Shown here piece by piece: positions 27,275 to 38,600 of a stretch of DNA of 64,000 nucleotides. The stretch's first letter is position 1. Each line of letters starts with the position of its first letter. Source of the DNA: Candidatus Omnitrophota bacterium (lineage in GTDB: Bacteria; Omnitrophota; Gorgyraeia; B26-G9); contig JAZDHZ010000034.1 in NCBI GenBank assembly GCA_043805415.1, positions 101,478 to 165,477 of the forward strand, given 5' to 3'. Under the pieces are notes generated by a model. That model had not been told where the DNA came from and did not search any database. It saw only the letters and a program-made list of their open reading frames with translations. The translations under genes and the position numbers were made by a program.

Positions 27275-28969
27275 ATGCATTGTATTTTTTTAAAAAACTT
27301 AGCAAGAGGATTGTTAGTTAATACTGGTTTGCTTGGTTTGCTGGTATTAGCGCAGCTGGTATTACCAGCAAGTTATTTGCACGCGCAGCAAAGCACTAGT
27401 TTTCTCAGCACCAAGATAGAAACATTGGAAGGCCCGAAGCTAAAGAAAACCGCCAAAGTAGAGCAAGTACTGAGGAACCTGGATATTCCCGCGGAATTAG
27501 GGTTTATTAAAGAAATCCACGTGCCCAAGACTCCGACAGAAAAAATGATCATCAATATCCAGGATCTGCATTGTAATTATAAAGCCCAGAAAAACATAGC
27601 CGGCATACTTGAATATTTAACCCAGACCTATGGCTTAAAACTAATCAGCGTAGAAGGCGGATCCGGGAAAATTGATACCAGTTTTTATCAGGATTTACCG
27701 GATGAAAAAATCAAAGAACAAGTCGCGGATTATTTTTTACGCGAAGCCAGAATAAACGGCACAGAATACTTTGCCATTACCACTGATCGGTTGATCCGCT
27801 TATATGGAGCGGAAGATGAAAAATACTATGATAAAAACCTGGACGCGTTTATGCGGGCCCTGCCGGCAAGGGAAATTATTCTGGAGACAATCGCTGTATT
27901 AGAAAATGATCTGAACATTCTAAAAAACAAAAGCTATAATAAAAAGCTCAGAGAACTTGATGATCATATCGTGGCCTATGACAATGGAGAAATGGGATTT
28001 GAAGACTATATCCAATACATATCCAGATTATCCGCGGAACAAAACGTAAAGCAGGAATTTGACCAGGTAAACCAGCTGGTAGAAAGCATTAAATTCAAAG
28101 ACTCGATAAGCATAGAAAAAGCCGAAGCCCAGAGAAAAGAACTGATTGATCATCTGACCAGTAATTTGTCTCGATACGAGATGGAAGAATTTTTAAAAGC
28201 AACCGTAGAATATAAAGCAAAAACCATGGACAATCTGACCTATCACAGCACCTTGCAGAAACTATACAATCAAATGGATAAAAAGAGCCTGACTTTAGAT
28301 CGGAAATGGCCGGATTTAAATGGATACATTGAATACTTAAAAAGACATGAGACCTTGGATAAATTCGCTTTATTTACCCAGATCGACAAACTAGTGGAAC
28401 GGATAAAAAACAGTTTATATACCAGCTATACGCAAAAGACATTAGATTATAATTTAAAGATCGTCAGACTAGCCAGAAGCTTATTTTCCACCAAGCTGCT
28501 GAATAAAGATCTAACTTTAGTCAGCAAATACCACACAGACTTTAATGCTAAAAAGATGAAGACATATATTCAAAAAGAAGCCAAGCGGTTAAAGCTTGAT
28601 TTAGCTATACCGGATGATGAGCGGTTAAAGCAAATGGAAGAGACTTTACCGGCAGTAGAAGATTTTTATCGCTATGCTTCGAAGCGCAATGATATCCTGG
28701 CCAATAATACTTTGGACGGCATGGCTAAAGAAAACGAAGACATCGGAATCCTGATCACCGGAGGATTTCATACTGATGGTATAACCGATTACTTAAAAGA
28801 CAAAAGAATAACTTATATTGTAATCGTGCCCAAGATCGAAGAGCTGGAAACAGATGATACCCGCTATATTAATGCTTTGCAGGGCAAGAAAACGCCGTTT
28901 GAGGAAATGATTGAAAAAGAAGATAAATCAGCAGTAACTCCAGAAACTGCTGATTCAGCAACCCCTTGA
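27275..28969 (+). CDS. hypothetical secreted/anchored protein, 564 aa
   Basis: N-terminal hydrophobic signal anchor; RBS AAGGAAGG; no recognisable domain. Confidence 0.45.
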   Translation: MHCIFLKNLARGLLVNTGLLGLLVLAQLVLPASYLHAQQSTSFLSTKIETLEGPKLKKTAKVEQVLRNLDIPAELGFIKEIHVPKTPTEKMIINIQDLHCNYKAQKNIAGILEYLTQTYGLKLISVEGGSGKIDTSFYQDLPDEKIKEQVADYFLREARINGTEYFAITTDRLIRLYGAEDEKYYDKNLDAFMRALPAREIILETIAVLENDLNILKNKSYNKKLRELDDHIVAYDNGEMGFEDYIQYISRLSAEQNVKQEFDQVNQLVESIKFKDSISIEKAEAQRKELIDHLTSNLSRYEMEEFLKATVEYKAKTMDNLTYHSTLQKLYNQMDKKSLTLDRKWPDLNGYIEYLKRHETLDKFALFTQIDKLVERIKNSLYTSYTQKTLDYNLKIVRLARSLFSTKLLNKDLTLVSKYHTDFNAKKMKTYIQKEAKRLKLDLAIPDDERLKQMEETLPAVEDFYRYASKRNDILANNTLDGMAKENEDIGILITGGFHTDGITDYLKDKRITYIVIVPKIEELETDDTRYINALQGKKTPFEEMIEKEDKSAVTPETADSATP

Positions 28970-29061
28970 TTTATTTTTTAAGGCTTATGAATATATCTTT
29001 ATATTTAGCAGTAAGTTAAGCGTTTTAAGCTAAAGAGTAAATACTGGCGGGAAATTTAATA

Positions 29062-29073
29062 ATGTGGTATAAT
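29062..29073 (+). promoter_or_regulatory. extended -10 promoter TGTGGTATAAT (weak -35)
   Basis: TGnTATAAT-type extended -10 element about 185 nt upstream of the 29258 start. Confidence 0.4.
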
Positions 29074-29257
29074 TTACCAGCTTTTTTACGGTTTTATAAT
29101 AGTGCAAGTAATTGAATATTAAAAATTAACAGCATTTTATTGCTGAAATAGTGATTATTTTATATTGCTACTTGTAGTGATTCTAAAAAAAAATAGAATG
29201 ACGAAAAGGTAGTGATTTATTCATTTTTATTTATTTACTTACCAAAAGCAAGGGAAA

Positions 29258-32200
29258 ATGAATTATAAACAGAAATCAAAATTCAGGCTGATATTTAGAG
29301 TCATTGCCAGCGTGCTTTTACAGGCATTTTTATTTACAAATTTTGCCTGGTGCGGTGCTGATCAGTTTATTCAAGGCAATACTGTTTGCGCGCCGGCAAT
29401 TAGCAGTACAACTATTTCTCCCGCGATCCAAGTCACTGAAGCTTCAATTCAAACTCTTTTTGTTCAATCCGCCGCGTTCCAAATGGGCAAAAGAGCAGAG
29501 TTTAAAGGCCTTGATTCTTTAAAGCAGGCAGAAGTGGAAAATGCTTTAGGCGATAAATTTAGTTTAAGCCTGAATCTAAAAGGAAAGCTAAACACCGCGT
29601 CAGTTATTCAAAATATCGAAAAAAGAACAGATATCAAAGCGGATTATAAGAAGATCCTAAACGCGATGATCCTTGAATTCGGCAAACTGGATGTTAAGTT
29701 CTATTCATATGAGACATTAGTTGAGGACTTGTTCGGGTTTGCTTCTGCTGGCAATAAGATGATCGCGATTCATTCCTCGGTATTCAGTAATCCGATTGCT
29801 CAGACGCATGAAATCGGGGAATTCTTAGCGCAAGCAGGAATGCTGAATTTTTCGCTTGGCCAGGATGACCAGCTATTGATCAGCTTAAATGGCAGTTTAA
29901 TCGGCAGGATAAAATTATCGGAAGATGCTTTGGCAATCGCGAAGAAAGATCCGTCCAGTAACCATTATTTGCTGCGGGCTTTTCAACGGGAGGTTTTTCA
30001 GGATAAGGATCGGGCTTTAACCGCTGGGATTAAAAACAAGCAGGGGGATTTATCTTCCGCGATGAAAATTTTTCTTAAAACCATAAATGCTGAGACTGGA
30101 AACAAAGTTGAAGCAAGTATGTCTTTGTCTAAACTTAATGACCCGATGTTCGAGGCGCTGTTTAAAGATATTGAGTTTAATCGGTTTTCCGAAAACGATG
30201 CGGCAAAATTAAAGATAGCGATACTATTGCAGAATAACATTGCTATTGAGCCTATTGCTGAACCCTTGCTTCAAGAGTGCGGGATGCTGAATAAGGAATC
30301 CGCTGATCTTTATGAAACCATATTCCCGGCTGCGGGAACTCCTGGTTTTAGCCCAAAAAAATTATTCGCGAAAGAAAATGTTAATCCGGATAATCTGCAT
30401 CTTATCTTTGAATTAGCTAAGCGCTATAGTCCGATTAAAGCGTTTAGCGATAAGTTAGACAGAATCTACCGCGAGCTTGCCTTATACACATTGCCGGTAA
30501 GTCCGGGAGCAAGATATCATATATCTTTGCTTAAAGATCTAAACAGTATTTTATTGTCCGGAGGACGGATTAAAGAATCAAAGCACTCGCTTAGCGGTCA
30601 GGGTGTTTATTTCTTTGAAATGGGAAATTCCGGCTTAGTCAATGCGCAGACACGCTTAGCTGAGTTTTTCCCTTTTATCTCCAGCTCGCCGCATGATCTG
30701 GCAGATGCGGATTATGTGGTTAAGGCGTTCAGGCAAAAGATTGCCCGAGACGCGAAAGATAATGCCCGGATATTCCCGGTTGTAATCCAGGTTGCTGAGG
30801 ATATCCCGGCTGAAGCTGCGATGGGCTGGGCTTTTCGTGAGGATTATAAAAAGGCGGGAAAGCTTATCCGCGATGAACTTAATGCCCAAGAGTATGAATT
30901 TTTAATCAACCTGAATTATTTATATCTTAGCGAGAACCAAGCGGTTAAAAACCATTTGCTCGCGAAAAATATTATTAGAGAAGAAAACGGGATAATCAGG
31001 CTGGTTGATGCTTCGCGGGCGATTCAGGATGAAAACAAAAAGAATACGGGTTGGGCCAGAATGAGATTTGCTGACTTGCGTTATGAAGTGATCAATCTTT
31101 CCTACACAAAGCTGGATAGTGATATCCAGAAGCTTAGCGCCAAGATGGCTCAATTACTCCAGAATCTTCTCGCTGATAAAATGAGCGTATCTTCGGTTGT
31201 GGATACAGGCTCATCAAATCGCGGGCTTACTGTGGAAAATCCGGATTTTGATTTTCTGATTAAAATTAATTCCCCAGAGGATTTTACGGCAATTGTTAAG
31301 CTGCTGCTTGATGAAAAAATATTAGAAAATTTTCTCAAGGAGCATAAAGCTGCTTTTGAAGCGATCTATGGCGATAAGTCCGTGAGTATTGTCACCGAAC
31401 AGCCGCATGCCGTAGGCAAAGGCAATTTATATTTGTTTCCGTTTAAATTTGTCGCGGCTAACCGGATTGTCGGCGGGGTTGATTTTAATTTTTCCAAGCT
31501 TTCAGCGGGAAAAGCCGAGACTTTGAGCTATCACGAGACAGCGCGGCAGCAGCTGCAAGCCATACTGGATAAAGTTCCCGAAGCAGAACAAAAACAGCTT
31601 TCCCGCTATCTTGCCGGAGAAATTAAAACCCTTAAAAAATTAATTATAAATCAGGGTTTATATAAAGATAAGGATACAAAACGAAATAGATTTATCGGCG
31701 TGGCAGTAGAACAAATGATCTACAATCTCAGCGATTATCTGTCTATGCCAAGCAATATTTCCACTGCTGAAATTAAGAGCATATTTTCAATAAAAACCGC
31801 GCTTTATTTAATCAGCCGGATGGAAAGCGAAAGATTAAATGGTCTGTCATTTTCTCTGTATCAAAGAGCAAATGGAAGCGGGTTTTCTAATCAATCGGTA
31901 AAATACGATTTAAGGGATAATGAAAAATCAGTTATCCCTAAAGTTGGGACGGCTTTTGCCGGTTTTAAAGAGTTTTCAGAAGCGGAAAATGCCGGAGTGA
32001 AAAATAAAATTAAAGGATTAATAACTGATTTTATTAGCCGGCCGGGGAATAAGGTAAAAATTATTGAGTTTTTTGCCAGGTACAATAATGAAGTTGACGC
32101 GGCGATTGCTTTAGGTCAGGCGAAACCTTTTAGTAACTGGGAATTTTTTGAAAGATGGGAATTCACGCACCGGTTTTTTACTCTGCATAAAACAGAGATT

Positions 32201-32560
32201 GATATATTCGCGATAGATAAGACTGATATGTCTCAGGACGCGAAGCTGAAAATAGCGGAAATGATCAACGGATTAAAAGCCGGGATAACTGAGTCAATGG
32301 GTGTGAGTGAAGATAAAATTACCGGTCGGGAAATCACGCGGTGGTTTAAAACTCCTTCTTCGCGGAATAAGCAGCTGAGAGATTTTTATTTTCAATATGG
32401 GGCAATAACAGCAGAACCTATATCCATCCTGGGTTTTGCTGGGTTTTTAATGAATATTCCGGCATTGCGTTCGGCAGCTGATGCTGAGCGAAAAGCGGCG
32501 CCTTTAAGCGGTATTATAAACCGCAAGCCGCTCGAACAATTAGTCGGACAGTCAATATGA
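29258..32560 (+). CDS. giant secreted protein (1100 aa) containing a Pol-beta-superfamily nucleotidyltransferase motif. The N-terminal leader is paralogous to the next gene.
   Basis: Leader MNYKQKSKFRLIFRVIASVLLQAFLFTNFAWC. NTase signature VDTGSSNRGLTVENPDFDFLI (GS-x-G...DxD). The C-terminus ends in LVGQSI. Confidence 0.5.
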   Translation: MNYKQKSKFRLIFRVIASVLLQAFLFTNFAWCGADQFIQGNTVCAPAISSTTISPAIQVTEASIQTLFVQSAAFQMGKRAEFKGLDSLKQAEVENALGDKFSLSLNLKGKLNTASVIQNIEKRTDIKADYKKILNAMILEFGKLDVKFYSYETLVEDLFGFASAGNKMIAIHSSVFSNPIAQTHEIGEFLAQAGMLNFSLGQDDQLLISLNGSLIGRIKLSEDALAIAKKDPSSNHYLLRAFQREVFQDKDRALTAGIKNKQGDLSSAMKIFLKTINAETGNKVEASMSLSKLNDPMFEALFKDIEFNRFSENDAAKLKIAILLQNNIAIEPIAEPLLQECGMLNKESADLYETIFPAAGTPGFSPKKLFAKENVNPDNLHLIFELAKRYSPIKAFSDKLDRIYRELALYTLPVSPGARYHISLLKDLNSILLSGGRIKESKHSLSGQGVYFFEMGNSGLVNAQTRLAEFFPFISSSPHDLADADYVVKAFRQKIARDAKDNARIFPVVIQVAEDIPAEAAMGWAFREDYKKAGKLIRDELNAQEYEFLINLNYLYLSENQAVKNHLLAKNIIREENGIIRLVDASRAIQDENKKNTGWARMRFADLRYEVINLSYTKLDSDIQKLSAKMAQLLQNLLADKMSVSSVVDTGSSNRGLTVENPDFDFLIKINSPEDFTAIVKLLLDEKILENFLKEHKAAFEAIYGDKSVSIVTEQPHAVGKGNLYLFPFKFVAANRIVGGVDFNFSKLSAGKAETLSYHETARQQLQAILDKVPEAEQKQLSRYLAGEIKTLKKLIINQGLYKDKDTKRNRFIGVAVEQMIYNLSDYLSMPSNISTAEIKSIFSIKTALYLISRMESERLNGLSFSLYQRANGSGFSNQSVKYDLRDNEKSVIPKVGTAFAGFKEFSEAENAGVKNKIKGLITDFISRPGNKVKIIEFFARYNNEVDAAIALGQAKPFSNWEFFERWEFTHRFFTLHKTEIDIFAIDKTDMSQDAKLKIAEMINGLKAGITESMGVSEDKITGREITRWFKTPSSRNKQLRDFYFQYGAITAEPISILGFAGFLMNIPALRSAADAERKAAPLSGIINRKPLEQLVGQSI

Positions 32561-32602
32561 ATATTCTCTAGGGCAATATGATTGGGTAAATGGAACAAGA
32601 TA

Positions 32603-35600
32603 ATGAATTATAAAAAATCAAAATTCAGGCTAATCTTTAGAATAATCTCATTAGTGCTTATCCAGGCATTTCTGGTGCTTGATTTTGCCTGGGCAATAGG
32701 CGGAGAATTTCCTATTGCTGATAAAATTTCTCAGGCTGCTACGCTTGCCCCGAAAATTAGTTTAAACACTCAGGAAGTCTGGGATGCTTATGTTTACAGT
32801 TCGCAAAATTCAGCTAAGATCAATGAACTTTCCTTACCTTCTGATCAGCCGATGGTTAATATTCCCAACCAATCTCCCCTGATCAGCCGGAGAGCGTTTT
32901 TCAAAACTGTTGGGCAAAAGGTTATTGGGGCTGCCGCGGTATTAACCGGAGCGGATCTGATATTGTCGGCGCCGGCAGAAGCCAGAGACTTAACCGTGGC
33001 TTTAAGCGATTTAGTGATCAATTTTGATAAAGGGGTTGCTGAAGCGGAGTTAAATAAATATATCGCGATTATTGAAGCTCAGGGTTTTAAAGAGTTATAC
33101 AGTTTAGAAAAAAAACAAGCGCAGACATTAATCAGAATTAAGGGGTTATTCCCGCTGAACGCGGAAAAATTATCTTACGCGCTTAATGCTCAGGCTAAAG
33201 CCAGAGGTCTGGCCAAAGGGTTTGTGGTCACAGCTAGTGACGCGAGCTGGAAGCAATCGCTTACTTATCGGAGCATGCAGGCTTTTGCGAATAAAGTAGC
33301 GCGTCTTTCAGCCAGCCTGGGATTCGGGGAGATCGATTCTCCGCAGCTTATTGGGCTTTATGAGGGGATTACCTGGGTTGAGAGTAAATTTAACCAATGG
33401 GAAACCGATGCCCAGGGCAGAATCAGACCAGTAAGGTCATATACCAATGCTATCGGAGTTACCCAGGTTATAGAATCTCAGGCTGTTAAGCAGATTGCCA
33501 GGTGGATAGTAACGCATAAGGGTGGAATATCCCGCTACGCGGAAATCATGAATGAGCTGGAAAGAATGATTTCCTCTGATAGTGAAAAGCTAAAGAAATC
33601 ACTCAAGGCGAATAAGAAATTCGGGGAAGAAGCCGAAGCCCTGAAACAGTTTAATGTCTATGCTGATTTCGCGGCTTATAAAAATGCCGGATCAGATATT
33701 GAAAAACAAAAACAGATAATTCAACGAATTCACAGAAAGATCAATAGTAATCCTAAGCTTATCGGCGTGAATTTATATTACGCGCTTGCTGTTTGGCAGT
33801 ATTTACAAAACAGGAATAATCTGCGAGCGGGAGTTACCGCTGAGCTTGCCGAATCAATGGGGCAAACCGGACAAGGGCTGACCAGAAAAAATCTTCCGCT
33901 TATTGAATCCGGTTCCGGGGCATATCAGCCAATGGATCTGGAAAAAGCCGGCTTGCAGTTTGAGAGTGATTATTTCCGCTTAAATCTGCTTTATCAAATG
34001 ATTAATCCCGAGAAGATTGCTGAGCTTTTGCAAGGCGCGGAAAGTAAAATATTAGTCAACACCATGGAATACTTATCGCGGCAGATGATGACAAAAATAG
34101 GCAACCAAAAGCTTGGCTATACTTATCTTACGCTGAACTGGGATCGATACCGCCGCCTGGAACTAAGGAAAAATAAAAATAATCAATATGAGTTTACCGA
34201 AAGGCCTTTAAGTTATTTTCAAAATAAGCCTAATGGTTTTTCCGTGAGTCTTGCCGCGGCAGCTTCATATAATTCCGGGACTGGCAGTGTGGACGATGCT
34301 TTGCTGAATTTTGGTAATGCCGTAGACGCGAATAATCTTCCCTTATGGATTAAAAATATGATCGGAGCCAATCCCCAAAATATTCGGGAGCCGATAAATT
34401 ATTTAAGGGTTTTTCTGGAAGATAAGTTTAATAATACCGGAGATCTCTCGGCCCAAGAGCAAAAAATTAAAAACGAGCTTATTGCCGAACGCTATAAACG
34501 CGTTTATAAAATCCAAGACCGATTGCTGGAAAAAAGAGCTTTAATCCACAAAAACAAGGTTCGGATATACGCGGCTTATCGGCGCGATGATGGTTTTGAT
34601 TATAAGCTGGCTGCCTGGGTTGCCCAGATCGCGGGCAGTGATTATGTGGATAGTTTTTTAAGAACCCATGGATTGGATAAAAAATGGCAAGAGGAAATTC
34701 TTAAATCTTCCCAGACACTTGATATTTTAGCACCGGCTTTGGCAGATGTGAATTCGCCGGGATATGCTGCCGCGGTAAATATCCGGCGGTATTTAGATTC
34801 AAAACAGCTGGCTTCTTTGGCTAAGCGGCAAGAAGCCTTTAAGTCTAAAGAACAGGCCCGGATCGCGAGAATTGAACTGGCTAAACAAATATCTAAGGAA
34901 AAACAATGGCAGAAAACCCTGGAGGGAATGACCAGCTGGGCAATGCGTTCCACGGTCGGGGTTGCTTCGCTTGGCGCGGCCGGCGCGATTGCCTGGATTA
35001 TAAACCGCAGGGTCAAGCTGGGTAAAAAACCAGTGCCTTCGCTTATCTATCGGCTGCCATTGCAGGGTTTTTGGATTCTGGGATTTGTTACTGTCCGGCT
35101 GTTCGCGATAGTTGGAAAAATTCTGTTTGGAACCGGTAAATATGTATTCAGCTTTTTTGCTAAAGCAAAACCGCGGATAAATAAACCAAGAAGCGCGCTT
35201 CTTGCCGATCAAAAGGTAGTTAGAAATAACCGGGTTAAACAAGCGGAAAACAGATATAAAAATAAGAACCGCTTTTTTTCAATAGCTAATTTAAAAAAAC
35301 TGATTCTGGGATCAATCTTACTGGCAATAATTGCCTGGCCTTTTGCTTCCCCGGCTTTTTCTCACGCGTCGCAAAAGCAGGCACAAGCTCCTCCGGCAAT
35401 TAGTTTAAGCCAAGAATTTAAAAAAGGCTTAATTGAAATCAGTAAGAAAAGTGACCATAAGCAGCTGAATGCTCAGGGCGAGCTTACCACAATAAAAGCT
35501 AATTTAAAAAAGAATCTTGAATTCAGCAATAGCAAAGCCCGGGAAAGGGTAGAGCAGATCAATCAGTTAGCGGAAAGAAATTGGCAAAAAGCGTATGTTA

Positions 35601-38600
35601 ATGGCGAATTAGATGAATACATAACAAAAAGAGGGCAGTCAGAAGATGCTCTTGCGATTGGCAAGGCGCTGTTTATTTTGCAAAGCGCTGCTCCGGAAAT
35701 TTATCAAGGTTTAAAAAAATATAATGCTTCTATATATCTGGCAGAGATCCCCTTCTATGGTTACGCGCGCGGTTCACGAGTATTTGGGCTTGGCGGCAAA
35801 CCAATGGTATTTGTAAATAAAGATTTTCTGAATAATCCTTTCAAAATCGCGCTTGTTTTATCTCACGAAGGTCATCACGCGATTCTTTTGCCCAAAGATT
35901 TACTGGAATCCGCGCTGCGGTATAATTTTTTTACTTTTATCAGGGATGTATTGTACAGTATTCCCCAGGGGGAAAAAGAAGCTTTCGAGATCCAGGCGGG
36001 AGTGGCCAGAGTTTTTTATATTGAGCCGATAAAAGGAAATATGTCTTATGACCCGCTTGATGTGGAAATTGCTTATGGTAGTCAGAAATGGCAAATAGTT
36101 GGGTTGGATATTTTAGGTACCGGCTTGTTCAATGTTATTCCTTTGATTGCCGGATGGTTAATCCTAAAGTTTTTTATGAATAGCAGCCGCGCTGGAAAAA
36201 GCCGAGATTATCAAAGATCAGGCAGCGGGGGATTGTCTAATCTGATAAACAGCAATTCAAGAAATAACAAGCGTCTGATTAGAAAAGGACGCGGTAAACG
36301 CAAAGGGAATTTCTTTTGGTCAATTATTTTAATCCCTTTGCTTGCTTTTCAATTCAGCAGTTTTCTTAGTCCCGCGATTACTCAAGCAAGTGATGTTTTT
36401 ATCCAGCCTCAGGAGAAAACAGAAATAACCGAGTATAAAAATGAACAGATTATAAATCCGATCCTTGGCACTGATCTTAAAGTAAACTCCCATTTTGGCC
36501 CACAGGAAGGAAAGCATAATAACGCGTTAGCTGATTGGTCCGAGGCGGTGATCAGAGGAGTTATTCAGCCCAACGCGGATATAATCCATGTTGATTTTCA
36601 TGCTGATGATTCCGGCGCGGTAATGGACGCGGATATGCTGGCCTTGAACGAAGTTAAGAATTTAAAAACTTCTCAGGAAAAAATCCAGGCAGTGCGGGAT
36701 ATCGCGGCTCATCTGAGAATAGATTCGTTTTATTACCCGGCTTATTTAACCGGACCAACCGGTCAATCAATATTGGGCACAACCTTTTGGGTTCGTCCGG
36801 AAGCAGAATGGCAGGGCGCGGCGAAAGAGCAATATATTGTCAGTGCTCCCTATGGAACGTTCCCCACGGATCATCCTGAGAAATATCCAAATGACAAGAG
36901 GATCAAAAGGTATGAGCTTAATGCCGATGATTTATCTTTAGTCGGGAAAAATGCTCAGTTAAAAAATGGGTTTATTCTGGACATTGATCTGGATTATTTT
37001 ACTTTGCATCGGGAAGATATGAATTGGGTTTATATGCGGGAGCTGCTTGAAAGAAAAGATGAAGCTTCTCAGAAATTAGCAAAGTCGATTCTTAAGACAG
37101 TCCACTATCAGCCGACCAGGCAGCAGCTGCAAAAAAATATTGATTTGTTTATTGACCAGCTCGCGAAGCTGCATGAACGCGGTATAGACCCGGGAATCAT
37201 TTCTGTTTTTGAATCACCGAATTTTACAGCTTATGCTGATGCTAAATGGGTAAATGACCAGTTAGTAAAGGGGTTCAAAGCTATTTACGGCAAAGGCTCT
37301 GCTTTAGCCGCGAAAGACCAGAAACCAAAGAGCGCGGCAAGCTCTGGCTGGAAAAAAATCTCAATCATGGGATTGGTGTCTGTAATCTCCGCGTCTTTTG
37401 CTAATTTGTTTTCCGTGGCTAATCTCTGGGCCATGGAAAATGGAGCGGATAAGGCTTTTGCTTCCTCTGATTTTAAATCAATAGTAACCTACCTTATCAC
37501 AATCGCCTTAATTGGCTTTTTAGTTAAATCGGGATTAAAAGCGCTTAGTTTAGCTAAACAAAAAAACGCGGAACAGCAGGCCGCGGTGATTGTTCCCAGC
37601 CAGGCGGCTTTGGATAAATTAAAAAAATTAGACACTGACATCAGCGCTTTATTTGCTCAAGGGAAAACTCAGGTTATTATCGCCTTTGACGGTCCCTCCG
37701 GCGCGGGCAAGACAACATTGGCTAATTATATTAAGGCAGTTGGTATTGCCGGAATACAGCCATCTGAAATACAGGTATTGTCGCGTGATGATTACGCGGT
37801 TGGCGGTGATTATAATGAGGCGAATATCGTGATTTTAGAAAAAATCTGGCATCGCGGAAAATTAGTTATTGTTGAGGGCAATGGAATCCAGTGGGCCAGT
37901 GCGGTATTAGCAGCAGATGCCGCGTATGCTAATCCGGATATATTTGTTAAAATAACCGCTGCTGAACAGCTGCGCAAACAAAGGCTATTAGAAAAAGGCT
38001 TGTCAGAGTCAGCGGCAAGTGAGCGGATTAGAACAGCATCTGGTCCTGATTCCGGTTTGTTTGATATTATTATTCAAGATCCTTATATCGAGGTTAACAG
38101 CTTGCGCAAGTCCGCGGAATATATAAAGGCTGAGAGCATATTGCGTTCATATCCTAATGACTCCGGCCTTGCTTTAATTCGTGAATTTGTCTTAGATCAA
38201 ATGCTTAGTTCTGATCGGCGCGGTATTATTGTTTATCATAATGAGCGCCATCTTAATGAGTTGTTTGAGTTTTTTGATGCAATATCAAAGCATTTACCGT
38301 TTAAAAATAAAGCCAGCGCCGAGCGTTTGATCCGCATGGCGATTTATCTGCATGATCTGGGCTACTTTTATTCAGAAGATGGATTGCTTATTCCTGGGCA
38401 TGAACAAAGAAGTAAAGATGAGGTTCTTGAATTTGTTAAGAAAAATCCCGGAATATTGTCCGCGGTTGAAGTCCAGTCGATTATGTATCTGATTGATAAA
38501 ACGCAGCTTAAAACCGGTGACGCGATTAAAAATGAAATCAGCGATGATAATAAAACCTATGACTTGCTGGATCGAATTAATAACGCGCAAGAATCAGGTT

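Noticed and set aside
32582-32602. TTG start of the mega-protein as given in the ORF track
   Set aside because: The ATG at 32603 gives an N-terminus (MNYKKSKFRLIFR) that is clearly paralogous to the upstream gene's ATG start (MNYKQKSKFRLIFR).
34642-35242. Minus-strand ORFs of 60-150 aa lying inside the large + strand genes (for example 34642..35242, 8368..8954, 21046..21495, 14204..14581)
   Set aside because: They are fully embedded antisense to strongly supported coding regions, have low-complexity translations, and no RBS context. These are typical spurious ORFs.
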